Below are positions 9,093-19,307 of a DNA stretch of 64,000 nt, in pieces. Positions within the stretch are counted from its first letter, which is position 1. Each line of letters starts with the position of its first letter. The translations under genes were made by a program, and so were the position numbers. The notes under the pieces were generated by a model, which saw nothing but the letters and a program-made list of their open reading frames with translations, had not been told where the DNA came from and made no database searches. Source of the DNA: Candidatus Poseidoniaceae archaeon (GTDB lineage: Archaea > Thermoplasmatota > Poseidoniia > Poseidoniales > Poseidoniaceae); assembly GCA_943788655.1 (NCBI GenBank), contig CALSRB010000007.1:82439-146438 (forward strand), written 5' to 3'.

Positions 9093-10382
9093 ATGAAAAA
9101 CCGACGGCCCTTGGACAGACTGATGGCGAGTGTTCTCACCCTCGGGCATGTCAACGTAGAAGGGCGTACGGTCATCGTTCGAGTCGATGTCAACTCCCCT
9201 ATGGGACCGGACCAATCCTTCTTGGACGACACACGAATAAAGGCCATTGTACCAACCCTCAATCGACTTTCAAAAGCCAAGGTGGTGCTTCTTGCCCACC
9301 AATCAAGACCGGGAAAAAAGGACTTCACAAGCACCCTCGGCCATTCCCGTGAACTTGGACGAATCATCGGACGGCCTGTGAAGTGGGTGGAAGACCTCGC
9401 TGGAGACAAGGCAATGGCTGCCATCGAAAACCTTGAGATTGGAGATATTTTGATGCTCAACAACGTTCGGATGTATGATGAAGAAATCAATACAAAAGGG
9501 ACCTTTGACACCATGGCGGAGACGCAAATGGTGCAAAAACTGGCCAGCGTTGCAGATCTTTACGTCTATGACGCATTTGCTTGCGCACACCGAGCAACCC
9601 CTTCCGGTGTTGGATTCACCAACCTCATTCCGTGCGTGGCCGGTGAACTCATGGCCAATGAAATTCGAAAATTGGACCAAGCCCTCGAGAACCCTGCACG
9701 ACCGTGCATTGCCGTGCTTGGCGGCGTCAAAGTGGACGATTCAATCGCTGTTGCCGACAACATGCTTCGAAACAACATCTGCGACGAAGTATGGGTCACT
9801 GGCGGGGTTGCAAACCTGATGCTTGAGTTAGCGGGCCATGATATTGGCCTTGTGAATCATGACTTCCTTGTTGGAGAAATGGGGAAGCAATGGAACCCGA
9901 CCGTTGAGAAAGCCAAGTCTCTGTTGCTCGATTTCCCAGAAAAAATCCGCCTGCCCGTGGATGTGGCTGCCAACGTCGAAGATAACCGAGTTGACCTTAC
10001 CGTCGAACAGCTTCCGATCTCTGCACCTATCTTTGACTTGGGCATTCAATCCGTTCGAAACCTCTCCATGGCCATTAAACAGGCTGGAACCGTTCACCTC
10101 AACGGTCCTGCCGGCGTCTTCGAATTGCCTGATTTCGCTCTTGGAACAATTGAGATGCTCAACGCATGTGCAGAATCGAATGCATACGTTGTTGTTGGCG
10201 GAGGCCACACTGCGACCCTGATTATGAAGCGCAATCTCGCCTCAAGGATGGGGCACGTTTCCACGGGAGGGGGGGCTTGCCTCGACTACATTTCGGGCCG
10301 AAGCCTGCCAGCGGTTGCAAGCCTCGAAGCAAGTGCTAAGGCGTTCTCAATGCAATCGGAATCAACGATCAACACGCGTTGA
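9093..10382 (+). CDS. pgk: Phosphoglycerate kinase
   Basis: RVDVNSP, LAHQSRP, DAFACAHR, LGGVKVDD, NGPAGVFE, GGGHT, HVSTGGGA. Confidence 0.97.
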   Translation: MKNRRPLDRLMASVLTLGHVNVEGRTVIVRVDVNSPMGPDQSFLDDTRIKAIVPTLNRLSKAKVVLLAHQSRPGKKDFTSTLGHSRELGRIIGRPVKWVEDLAGDKAMAAIENLEIGDILMLNNVRMYDEEINTKGTFDTMAETQMVQKLASVADLYVYDAFACAHRATPSGVGFTNLIPCVAGELMANEIRKLDQALENPARPCIAVLGGVKVDDSIAVADNMLRNNICDEVWVTGGVANLMLELAGHDIGLVNHDFLVGEMGKQWNPTVEKAKSLLLDFPEKIRLPVDVAANVEDNRVDLTVEQLPISAPIFDLGIQSVRNLSMAIKQAGTVHLNGPAGVFELPDFALGTIEMLNACAESNAYVVVGGGHTATLIMKRNLASRMGHVSTGGGACLDYISGRSLPAVASLEASAKAFSMQSESTINTR

Positions 10383-10387
10383 GAAGG

Positions 10388-10460
10388 AGCCACTGGGGAG
10401 GTTCGAACTCCCGACCTCCTGATTACGAATCAGGTGCTATACCAGCTAAGCCACAGTGGC
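10388..10460 (-). tRNA. tRNA-Thr (anticodon CGT)
   Basis: Reverse complement folds as a cloverleaf: acceptor GCCACTG/CAGTGGC, anticodon arm CCTGA-TTCGTAA-TCAGG, T-loop GTTCGAAC; CCA not encoded. Confidence 0.96.
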
Positions 10461-10543
10461 GCATGTCACGGGCGGTGGCTCGTGAACATAAGCCACACGG
10501 TTGAGAACCCAGTGTTGATGAGGGGGGGATACCACCACTCTCC

Positions 10544-11803
10544 ATGGGCGACGATGGTTCGGTGAGGTATCGCAACACCGTCCTTATCGATGAACTTGGC
10601 AAGAAGCACATCGGCGATGTGTTGTTACTCAAAGACGGCTCATGGGCCAACTCGAACGGAGATGAAGACGTTAAACAGGATGTTGACGGATCAAATCGCC
10701 TGATCACTCGTAGCCTGCAAAATTGGCACACCCATTTGGCCATGCAACTGAACGCGAGGGATTTCAGCGATGGGTTTCCACTTCATCGATGGCTCAATGA
10801 AGCCATCTTTCCTACCGAGGCAAAAATCACACCGGAATTTGTCCGTGTTGGAGCGCAGGCCGCTGCAGCTGAAATGATCAAAACAGGCACCTCGTTTGCC
10901 GCAGACATGTACTTTTATCCAGCAGTTACGGGCCAAGTCCTCGATGACGCTGGCCTTCGTGGGTTGATTGGAGGACCTGTCAGTGACGCTGCACTTCCAT
11001 CGCATGACGATGCGGCCTCGGCGCTTGAGGAACTTGATACCATGCTCAAGAACCAGTCGCCTCTCGACAGAATTCAATACGCCATTGCGACCCATTCAGT
11101 GTACTTGTGCAGTGAAGACACGTTGCGAAAGGCCTCGGAACTTGCTGAAAAGCGAAGCGCTCGCCTCCACATTCACGTCAGTGAAACTCGAAAAGAGGTA
11201 GCAGATTGCCACGACAAAACTGGAATGTACCCTGTCGAATACTTGGACAGCATCGATTTCTTCCAACCAGGAACCATCTGTGCTCACGCTTCGTGGGTGA
11301 AGAAAAACGAAATTCGAATGTTGGCAAAGCACAAAGCAACGGCAGTACATTGCCCTTCGTCGAACATGAAACTCGCCTGTGGAGGAACCCTCTCGCTTCC
11401 TGCGTTCAATGAAGCAGGCGTCGATGTTCGCATCGGAACCGACGGTGCTGCCTCTTCTGGAAGTGGACTTGACATGCTAGCAGAAGCACGACTGGCCGCC
11501 TTGGTTCAACGCCACGACCACTGGGACCCGACGCTGATGACTGCAAATGATGCCTTCCAAATGGCCACCAAAGGAAGCAAAGACTGGGCAGTTTGGGACA
11601 TCGATGACATTCGCATGCGCCCTGTTGGCCGTTCGAACAATCGCCACATCACGAACCTCTTGTTCAATGGAGCCACATGCCTCGACCTTTGGGTTGGTGG
11701 CGAAGCATTGCGGTTCGACGGAACTACGCGTTCGCTCGATGAACAGCAATCATGGATGGCGCTCGATGAGGCCGTTCAGACATACTATGAAGGCGTTGAG
11801 TGA
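10544..11803 (+). CDS. Amidohydrolase, MTA/SAH deaminase-like
   Basis: HTH metal motif (NWHTHL), EMIKTGT, HIHVSET, HCPSSNMKLA.G, GTDGAAS. Confidence 0.88.
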   Translation: MGDDGSVRYRNTVLIDELGKKHIGDVLLLKDGSWANSNGDEDVKQDVDGSNRLITRSLQNWHTHLAMQLNARDFSDGFPLHRWLNEAIFPTEAKITPEFVRVGAQAAAAEMIKTGTSFAADMYFYPAVTGQVLDDAGLRGLIGGPVSDAALPSHDDAASALEELDTMLKNQSPLDRIQYAIATHSVYLCSEDTLRKASELAEKRSARLHIHVSETRKEVADCHDKTGMYPVEYLDSIDFFQPGTICAHASWVKKNEIRMLAKHKATAVHCPSSNMKLACGGTLSLPAFNEAGVDVRIGTDGAASSGSGLDMLAEARLAALVQRHDHWDPTLMTANDAFQMATKGSKDWAVWDIDDIRMRPVGRSNNRHITNLLFNGATCLDLWVGGEALRFDGTTRSLDEQQSWMALDEAVQTYYEGVE

Positions 11804-11806
11804 GCC

Positions 11807-12346
11807 TTACTTCTGGCGGAACAGCAGAACACCTGCACCTTCAGCGATGATGAGGAACATGTACCCGGTTGCGCTCAGTTTGAGATCGACTGAATAATTC
11901 AAATTCAATTCCGTTCCTTCGGGAAGCAACCCCTCTTTTGTTCCAATGCCTGCGTAGAAGTCGCCTGATTCAACGCGCCAGTCAACACCGGCGTCACCCT
12001 TGTCGCCTGCAGCAACATAGCCTGCATCGCCGTATGTACAGGTCTTGCTTGTGGTGTCGAATCCACCAAGTGCCCCACCGTTCTTTGCGATGTCATCACA
12101 CTGCTTTTTCTTGTCACCATCAGCGATGACCAAGAAAATATCATCTCGATCCCATGTGATGGTTGTGTCGGCATTGATGATGAGCGAGGCTGGATTGCCA
12201 GGTAGAGGGTCGTCTGAGAAGAACACCATGCCTTGGACATTCGGTGTAGGCACATCGTCAACGGCTCCTTCCATTGTGTAACCAACTGTGCCACCAAGGA
12301 GGAGCAAGGTTGAGAGAGCGATCAATACAAAGCCGGTCTTCTTCAT
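11807..12346 (-). CDS. Hypothetical membrane-anchored protein
   Basis: MKK plus hydrophobic signal/TM segment and a C-terminal TM; downstream of cax in the same orientation. Confidence 0.7.
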   Translation of the reverse strand: MKKTGFVLIALSTLLLLGGTVGYTMEGAVDDVPTPNVQGMVFFSDDPLPGNPASLIINADTTITWDRDDIFLVIADGDKKKQCDDIAKNGGALGGFDTTSKTCTYGDAGYVAAGDKGDAGVDWRVESGDFYAGIGTKEGLLPEGTELNLNYSVDLKLSATGYMFLIIAEGAGVLLFRQK

Positions 12347-12360
12347 TATCTCACCCTTTC

Positions 12361-13533
12361 TCAAATTAAGAAGAATGCCGCTCCAAGAATAATGTAACTC
12401 CCAAGAAGCATGACACCTTCAAGCCAATTTGTTTTCCCGTCTGTGAGAATGGAGTTGGCCACGAGGACGGAAATAAACGTGGCCGATGTCTCGAGAATCC
12501 CAAATTCAAGCGTGAGAGGGACCCCGAGAACCCATCCGAGAAGGACCATCACCGGTGCAACGAACAAAGCAATTTGGACGCTTGAACCGATTGCGATGGC
12601 AATGGCCAAGTCCATCTTGTCTTTTCCAGCGACAATGACCGCAGCAAAATGCTCTGCTGCATTGCCAAAGAACGGGAGGAGGATCACGCCGACAAAGAGT
12701 TCTGGAATGCCCAATTCGTGGACTGCATCCTCGAGGTTGTGAACCAAAATGTGCGCCATCCAACCGACAAAGGCGGTGGAAAGAATGAGCAAGGTCCACG
12801 CGTCTCTGATGCTCATCGTCGGGTGTTCGTGCGTCCCATGGCCTGCTTCGGCAGCAAAAACATCCACGTGCGTTTTCAATTGAAACAGAAGAGCCAATCC
12901 ATAGATAGCCAACATGATGAGAGCTGCGTAATGAGAGAGATCTTTGATGGCGCTTGAATCACCACCCGCCAAATCAACGGCGCTTGGAATGATGAACGCA
13001 ACAATAGCAAGCAGCAACAGCGAGCCATTCATTTGTCCTGAGTCTTGGTTGAAGTGCTGAACTTTGTGATTCACACCCCCCCAAACCATTGCCAAGCCAA
13101 GCACCAGCAATAGATTGCCAAGAATCGAGCCGATGAGGGAGGCTTGAGTGACGGTGATCATGGTTGCGATTGTACCAGGGTCGACTGATTTCGACGCAGC
13201 GTAAAGCGCAAGCCCTGCGATGATCATCTCAACCGCATTTCCGAAGGTAGCATTGAGCAAACCGCCGACTGTCTCCCCGGTTCGAAGGGCGATCTCTTCC
13301 GTGGCTTTCCCCATGAGGAACGCAAGTGGCATAATGGCCACCATTGAGAAGACAAAGGCGAGACCTGTGTTGTGTTGTTGATTCATGAACAGAGCCACGG
13401 GGAAGGCTAGCAACAGCCAGTTGAGTTTGTTCTTCATTGGATTCACTGAATCAAGAAGGTGCTCAAAGGCTTCCTCGATGTGTTCAGAAAGTTCTTCCGT
13501 GCTGTCCTTAGCAGGAACAGAATTCTCGCCCAT
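12361..13533 (-). CDS. cax: Ca2+/H+ antiporter (CaCA/CAX family)
   Basis: Alpha-1 GGLLNATFGNAVE, LIGSILGNLLLVLG; alpha-2 GNAAEH, GSSVQIALFVAP, DGKTNWLEG. Confidence 0.94.
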   Translation of the reverse strand: MGENSVPAKDSTEELSEHIEEAFEHLLDSVNPMKNKLNWLLLAFPVALFMNQQHNTGLAFVFSMVAIMPLAFLMGKATEEIALRTGETVGGLLNATFGNAVEMIIAGLALYAASKSVDPGTIATMITVTQASLIGSILGNLLLVLGLAMVWGGVNHKVQHFNQDSGQMNGSLLLLAIVAFIIPSAVDLAGGDSSAIKDLSHYAALIMLAIYGLALLFQLKTHVDVFAAEAGHGTHEHPTMSIRDAWTLLILSTAFVGWMAHILVHNLEDAVHELGIPELFVGVILLPFFGNAAEHFAAVIVAGKDKMDLAIAIAIGSSVQIALFVAPVMVLLGWVLGVPLTLEFGILETSATFISVLVANSILTDGKTNWLEGVMLLGSYIILGAAFFLI

Positions 13534-13584
13534 ACACGGTTGCAGCCGGCAAGAGGCCTTGAGTGCACCGCTCGCAAGGTTGCA

Positions 13585-16500
13585 TCAATCATCCTTTTTC
13601 GCACGACCAACCTTTCGGCGGGTAGGAGCCTTTCGAGGGGCTGCACGTCGACCGACTGTTCGCTTCTTTGCGACTGGAGCAGGTTCTTCCTCCTCCTCGT
13701 CTTCATCGTCGTTCCAATTGAACATGTCATCGTCGTCGTCATCGTCTTCTGGAAGGTCGACAACGGCCTTCTTACTGCGAGTCTTTCGCTGAACCACGTT
13801 GACGGCAAACGGATCGTCTTCATCTTCTTGCTCAGCAGGAGCAGATTCCTTCTTCTCCTCTTCCTTCTTTTCACCGCCGCTTGTGTCAGTGACTGCGCCC
13901 ATGTCGAGTTCTTGTGAAGTGCCGATAAATTCAGACATCCAGTCATCGCCTTCTTCTTCATCATCATCGCCCTTCGACTTCTTTTTCTTTGGACCCGACA
14001 TGCTTGTTTGGATGATGAGTGCCATAACGATCAACGACATGACAAAGACACCAGTGAGAACCCAAACCAACACATACGGTGGGTCGGACATTGATGGCTT
14101 GATGGTGATTGGTTCAGGTTCTGGCTGAAGGGATTCAACATAGTTGCATGATGTTGTGCCGTCGAGACGGTTTCGACATTGGTCAACGACAAACACGACG
14201 TTCTTCGAGACTTCGTTGCCTGCGGAGTCAACTGCACGAACATACACTGCGTGTTGACCTGGCTCAAAGTTTCCAGCAGAGAACTCCATGTCAAGCACCA
14301 TCGAGCGGTTGTCGCCTTCAAGGTCAGTCACATAGGTGGATTCAGACCATGGAGTGGATTGTGAGTTTCCTGTTCCGTAATTGTACGTGAATTTGTATTG
14401 GAATGATGTGATCATGACGTCATCGGTTGCGCCTGCCAAAAGTTGGATGGAGTTTCCATAGAGGTATTTCGAACCATCATTCCCGGAAGATGGTGCATAT
14501 ATTTCCACAGATGGTCGCATTGCATCCACAGCACGGTCGGTCCATGTCTGGCTGATAAGGTTGCCAGATTCGTCTTCCATAATCAGTTCAATCAACATGT
14601 CCCCGGCAATGGTGTTCTGGCTCACAAAGAATTCGAAGGCATAGACTGGGCCACGATCTGGATCATTGTTGTTATCCGCAATCATGTTCATTTCGATATC
14701 GCCGCCCGAGATATCGCCCCCAGCCAATGTGGTGATGTTGACTGAAGGGTTGCCTTGCAGGTACTCATCAATCTCCATCTGAAGCACGTAGGTGCCGGAA
14801 ACCAACGACGGGCTCTCGAACGCGGAACCTGCGTCATCAAGGAGCAACATCGTGGCCACAGGGAACTTTGTGTCCTCATTTATTTTCACAGCGTTTCCAC
14901 CAATTCCATTGAACATCTCAGGATTTTGGTTGCCCCATTGGTCCTCGATGATGACAGCATACCATACGTCTCGATCGACGCCGGAAGGGATTGGAAGTTG
15001 ACGAACAAGGGTGCTTGCGGTGCTTTCACCGGGTGAAATATCACCAAGGACAAACTCCCAACCTTGGTCGGCGATGTTGCCGATTTGGTCTTCGTTTTCA
15101 CCGAACGGCGCTCCGTAGTGTCGCCAAATTTCGTACCCTTCATTATAATCAGGTTCATTGAACCATTCGAGGGTGATTTGTTCGAGGGAGCCAAGCGATG
15201 AGGCTTCCTTAATCCTCGCTGGGTTTGGTGCGCGGGTGTCTTCTGAAATCGGGCCGAAATGGTTCTGATTCAATCGTGTGTCCATGTACGTCCCGTTGAT
15301 GTGGCCGTACAATGCCTCAGTTGTGACATAGTAGTGGGCGTTGTCACGAAGGAGGTTGACATCAAGAAGAACATCGAATGTACCAACGCCGTCGCTGACA
15401 GAGCCAAGCCATTCCATCGATTGGTTGGCGACGAATTCGGCGCCAGTAACACGGAAGTTCGAGCGCCAGATGTGGTATCGCTCACCTTCGACGCCAAGCT
15501 GGTCTTGCCAGGTGACTCGGGTGATCCGCTCGCCGACGAACTCGGCATGAACTTGAGTTGGTTCAGCAACCCATGGAGTGAATGCATCTTCGAAGAGAGG
15601 ACCTGCACATGAGTTTACGGTGGTGTTCGGACTGAATACACCAAACAGATCGATCGTCACGATGCAATAGTTTGCATAGCCAAGTCGGCCAATCGGAACT
15701 TCATAATCGAAGGAACCGACACCTTCTGCCACGGTCGCAATCAATTGAACACTGGGGCTCAAAATGCTGTTAAATGGATTTCCTGACATGTAAATGCGGT
15801 AGGATTCTCCGGACTCATCAGGCACATCGGTCCATGAAACGGTGGTCGTTCCACCACCTGAGTTTGCGTTTGGAATGAACTCGGCGTACATAGCACTCAC
15901 TTGGGAGGGAGGCATGTTGTCTTCAAGCAACGCATCATCAAGGGCGTTGTTTGAGAGGAAGCGGACATCCTCGTAGTCTTCACCCGGGGCCGTCCAGTTT
16001 GGCAAAAGGTAGGTGACTGCGTAGTAGGCGCTGCGGTCGGTGCTCGTTGGAATCACCAAGTCAACCGAGGAGGTTCCAGCAGGGTAGGTCGCAACTGGCT
16101 GGCTTGTGCTAAGCAGGTCCGCACCGTTTGCTCGAGTGATTGGGTAATCAGCTCGCCAGATATTGATCTGGTAAGCGTCATCCCCTGTTTCTGGGAGAAT
16201 TGGGAAGATGTCATTGTAATTGACCCAAGCCAAGGTGGTGATGCTTTGTTCTGGGTCGAAATCCGCTACGAGGTTGTAGGGCGTGCGAATCGGTGTTGTG
16301 ATTTCCTGCACTGGCGTGAACAGAACCGAAGCGTTGTCGTCTAAATCAAGCCATTCAGTGCCATCGCCAAGCGTTGTGGTTACGGCGTAGTAGAATGTAC
16401 CATTGACACCAGGGGGAACAAGGAATGAGGCGCTGTGGTAGTCGACGGTTCCGTTAAGACCACGGCACTTGAACGCATCATTGCCCACCGCAACTGAAGA

Positions 16501-16821
16501 ACATGCGACGATGTCCTCAACAAATGGCGTCAATTGTCCAATGGAAGATTCGTTGATTGGGGCTGCGGAGCGGTAGACGCTGTATGTTGCTGAAAAGAGG
16601 CCTTGAAGGACTGAACCATCAAAGTCGATGTTGCGCCACGTGATGGTGGTGGTTTCACTTAACGGGTCGAACGTTGCAGCGATGTCTTGTGCTTGCAAGT
16701 GAGAAGGATTTCCAAGATCTTCTGCCGCGACATTGGAGAGGGGCATGATGGCAAGCATCATGCACAGGACGAGGAAAAGTGCCTTCCTTTCAGTGCCTTT
16801 ACCGAACGTTTGGTCTGTCAT
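13585..16821 (-). CDS. Large secreted, C-terminally anchored protein with about 5 FN3-like and 2 Ig-like domains
   Basis: Signal peptide; repeated P...A.F....T.(I/V).W...Y.(I/V)(Y/W)R units; TM near the C-terminus; acidic then basic tail. Confidence 0.8.
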   Translation of the reverse strand: MTDQTFGKGTERKALFLVLCMMLAIMPLSNVAAEDLGNPSHLQAQDIAATFDPLSETTTITWRNIDFDGSVLQGLFSATYSVYRSAAPINESSIGQLTPFVEDIVACSSVAVGNDAFKCRGLNGTVDYHSASFLVPPGVNGTFYYAVTTTLGDGTEWLDLDDNASVLFTPVQEITTPIRTPYNLVADFDPEQSITTLAWVNYNDIFPILPETGDDAYQINIWRADYPITRANGADLLSTSQPVATYPAGTSSVDLVIPTSTDRSAYYAVTYLLPNWTAPGEDYEDVRFLSNNALDDALLEDNMPPSQVSAMYAEFIPNANSGGGTTTVSWTDVPDESGESYRIYMSGNPFNSILSPSVQLIATVAEGVGSFDYEVPIGRLGYANYCIVTIDLFGVFSPNTTVNSCAGPLFEDAFTPWVAEPTQVHAEFVGERITRVTWQDQLGVEGERYHIWRSNFRVTGAEFVANQSMEWLGSVSDGVGTFDVLLDVNLLRDNAHYYVTTEALYGHINGTYMDTRLNQNHFGPISEDTRAPNPARIKEASSLGSLEQITLEWFNEPDYNEGYEIWRHYGAPFGENEDQIGNIADQGWEFVLGDISPGESTASTLVRQLPIPSGVDRDVWYAVIIEDQWGNQNPEMFNGIGGNAVKINEDTKFPVATMLLLDDAGSAFESPSLVSGTYVLQMEIDEYLQGNPSVNITTLAGGDISGGDIEMNMIADNNNDPDRGPVYAFEFFVSQNTIAGDMLIELIMEDESGNLISQTWTDRAVDAMRPSVEIYAPSSGNDGSKYLYGNSIQLLAGATDDVMITSFQYKFTYNYGTGNSQSTPWSESTYVTDLEGDNRSMVLDMEFSAGNFEPGQHAVYVRAVDSAGNEVSKNVVFVVDQCRNRLDGTTSCNYVESLQPEPEPITIKPSMSDPPYVLVWVLTGVFVMSLIVMALIIQTSMSGPKKKKSKGDDDEEEGDDWMSEFIGTSQELDMGAVTDTSGGEKKEEEKKESAPAEQEDEDDPFAVNVVQRKTRSKKAVVDLPEDDDDDDDMFNWNDDEDEEEEEPAPVAKKRTVGRRAAPRKAPTRRKVGRAKKDD

Positions 16822-16911
16822 CAATGCTCTTGTAGCATGCTACCGTTATGAGTATGCCGCCTCTAAACCAGCCAATTGAGCGGTTCAGTGCACCCCGTAG
16901 GGGTGGCGGAA

Positions 16912-17619
16912 TCACTCTGATTCGTTTCCTTGATTTGGCTGTGGAAGTGGGTCATCTCGATCGATTTGGGAGATTTCATGCTTGGCTTGTACAAACCGAA
17001 TCAAAAAGGTCCAAAGTCCACCGAACGCAGAGATGACAACGGCAATGCTGACCGGGTTGATCCCAATGTGATCAAGCGCACCCGGGAAGGTACCAAAATC
17101 TCCGATTTCAAGATGGATGAAAACACCCATCATCACCAGAGCGACCAGGGCAAGAATGGTCCGGTCTGCACGGGAAAAACCTCGGTAATTGCGGGTGCCT
17201 GCCACTGCTTGAGCTTGCGTACCCATGTACGAACCGAGCAACGTAAACAATGCGGCAAGGAGTCCAAAGGTAAAATCACCGACAAACACAGAGCCAGCCA
17301 GGCAAACTGTCCAGATAATGTCGAGAAGTCGATCGAAGGTGTGATCGAGGTAATCACCCCAACGGGTGACTTGGCCGGTCCGACGAGCCAAAGGCCCATC
17401 GAGGGCATCGAGAACCATTGCGAATCCAATCAGCAACGCTCCACCGAACAGCATGCTTGCGCCGTAGGTATTGTTTGGGGCCATCAAAACGGACAAACCA
17501 CCGAGCACACCAATCGGCAATGCAATCCATGTCAGGGTTGAGGGTTTCCAAGTAGAAATTGAATCGATAACGGGGTCGACCATGCGCTCCCATGAACTGC
17601 GAAGTTTCTCTAATGCCAT
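16912..17619 (-). CDS. CDP-alcohol phosphatidyltransferase (archaetidylinositol phosphate synthase-like)
   Basis: DALDGPLARRTGQVTRWGDYLDHTFDR signature. Confidence 0.92.
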   Translation of the reverse strand: MALEKLRSSWERMVDPVIDSISTWKPSTLTWIALPIGVLGGLSVLMAPNNTYGASMLFGGALLIGFAMVLDALDGPLARRTGQVTRWGDYLDHTFDRLLDIIWTVCLAGSVFVGDFTFGLLAALFTLLGSYMGTQAQAVAGTRNYRGFSRADRTILALVALVMMGVFIHLEIGDFGTFPGALDHIGINPVSIAVVISAFGGLWTFLIRFVQAKHEISQIDRDDPLPQPNQGNESE

Positions 17620-17667
17620 ACCAATCGATAGGGCTCCTTCGTTGGGGGGTGTTTGTTCTTTGGGTGG

Positions 17668-18207
17668 TCAGGCCAACCAATCGATGGCTTCTGAAGCAGT
17701 TGCCTCGACGCCGTCGCTGGGACAACCATCGTCAATCCACTGCAGGATTTCCGAGGCCAATTCCTCACTTGTGGCGAGGCCAGCATCGACCTCCAACACT
17801 GGAACATCGAGTTCGAATTCGATAATTTCAGACCACGTGCCGGCAATCATCTCCCACTCAACATTGGCGCGTACCTTCGCCTCATTGTAGCCACGTTCTT
17901 CAAGGCGTTGTTTGAGCACATCTGGATGGCAACGGATCAAAACGATGGCATCGATTTCCAAAAGATGCGACAAGTGCCCATCAACAAAAACCGTACCCTC
18001 CGATTCGTCAATCCACGCATCTGCCAACTTGTGAACATCCACCGGTGCAGCCCCATCTGAAGCATCTTCTTCGCCAAGACAGTCGAAGCGTTTGGCTAAT
18101 TCGATGACTGACTCGACGGCATGTCCTTGCGCCTCAAAATGTGCACAAAGAGTGGTCTTTCCGCTGCCGGGAGTGCCAGTGACTGCAAAGACACGAGGTG
18201 GAACCAT
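17668..18207 (-). CDS. Archaeal adenylate kinase, AK6/Fap7-like
   Basis: GTPGSGKTT P-loop, hhhhDGH, RC.P..L..RL..RGY...KV..N. Confidence 0.88.
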   Translation of the reverse strand: MVPPRVFAVTGTPGSGKTTLCAHFEAQGHAVESVIELAKRFDCLGEEDASDGAAPVDVHKLADAWIDESEGTVFVDGHLSHLLEIDAIVLIRCHPDVLKQRLEERGYNEAKVRANVEWEMIAGTWSEIIEFELDVPVLEVDAGLATSEELASEILQWIDDGCPSDGVEATASEAIDWLA

Positions 18208-18333
18208 GTCAATGCCAACACACGCTCGTTATTACATCCACCTCCAGATTCAACAGCATGCTGTGATGATTCTTCATTGAATCCGTTGGACAAAGGCATC
18301 AATAGGTGGGAGGTTCACCGTCTTCTTGCTCAC

Positions 18334-19086
18334 ATGTTTGGAATGAATGACCCCGCCCAAACGCTCCTTCAACTTGAGCGATACATCCTCGATGGACGGA
18401 TGGAGATGTCCGAGGTCATGGCGATGCAGTTCACAGAGATGTTTCTTGCAAGAAAGAAACGCTCCACAGAAGACCAAATTATGCTGGTCAAAGGCCTCCG
18501 CATTTTGTGCGACGTGCTTGTGACCAGAGGAAAGGGAGCACGCGCTGTGGCAAGCGTCAACATACTTCTGAAAGAACGTGCAAAACTCGTCAAGACACTC
18601 CGCAATGGCGCACCTCAGTTGCTTGAACAAATGACACCCGAGGCCGAAGATCAGCATCGGGCGGGCAATGTTCTTGCTTCCGGCGGCAAACAGCGGGCGG
18701 CAAGGAAAGCCTATGCCAAAGCGGAAAAATTAGCCCCAGGAAACCTGGCTGCAGCCCTCGATGCATGCAGGTACATTGGATACGAAGCCAAGCTCATCGA
18801 CCGCCTTGCAACCACTTGTGAAGCCGCAGGTCCCGTCATTTACACAGGCGGTGTGTTCATGCTGGAACCGGTTGGAAACAAACCAGTTGATGCAACACAG
18901 GTTGCTGAAGCATTGTTGGGTGCTGTCCCTCACGGCATTGGAAATTCATCACTGTGCACAGCACAAGCACAACGCATTGAAAATGAAAAGACGGCCATCC
19001 TTCAGGGTGAAGCGGCCGCGAATGCACGGCTGCAAAGCGCACTTGATTCGCTGACGCCAAAACACGACTATTACGAGTACAGCTAG
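18334..19086 (+). CDS. Hypothetical alpha-helical (TPR-like) protein
   Basis: Long ORF; helical pairs such as RAGNVLASGG..AARKAYAKAEKLAP; start moved to ATG 18334 to avoid overlapping the kinase gene. Confidence 0.7.
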   Translation: MFGMNDPAQTLLQLERYILDGRMEMSEVMAMQFTEMFLARKKRSTEDQIMLVKGLRILCDVLVTRGKGARAVASVNILLKERAKLVKTLRNGAPQLLEQMTPEAEDQHRAGNVLASGGKQRAARKAYAKAEKLAPGNLAAALDACRYIGYEAKLIDRLATTCEAAGPVIYTGGVFMLEPVGNKPVDATQVAEALLGAVPHGIGNSSLCTAQAQRIENEKTAILQGEAAANARLQSALDSLTPKHDYYEYS

Positions 19087-19095
19087 GCTGGTTTT

Positions 19096-19173
19096 TGGTA
19101 ACGAGGGATGGATTTGAACCACCGATCTCCGGGTTATGAGCCCGACGGGATATCCAGACTACCCCACCTCGTT
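19096..19173 (-). tRNA. Initiator tRNA-Met (CAT)
   Basis: Cloverleaf with A1-U72 acceptor (AACGAGG/CCTCGTT), three G-C pairs in the anticodon stem, CTCATAA loop and encoded CCA. Confidence 0.96.
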
Positions 19174-19307
19174 AACCAAAGGGCCGACCTTCCCTCCTTT
19201 CAAACCACCGATGCTCGCCTGTCGTTGGAACCCTTCAGCACACCGGCAGAAGAATGAGTGAAAAAAGGAGGTGCTGATTTGATGAAGGAGAACATCCTCT
19301 CAAGAAC

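Noticed and set aside
10388-19173. Segment between the two tRNAs as a possible integrated element
   Set aside because: No integrase, no duplicated tRNA 3' end, no obvious compositional shift, and housekeeping-type content
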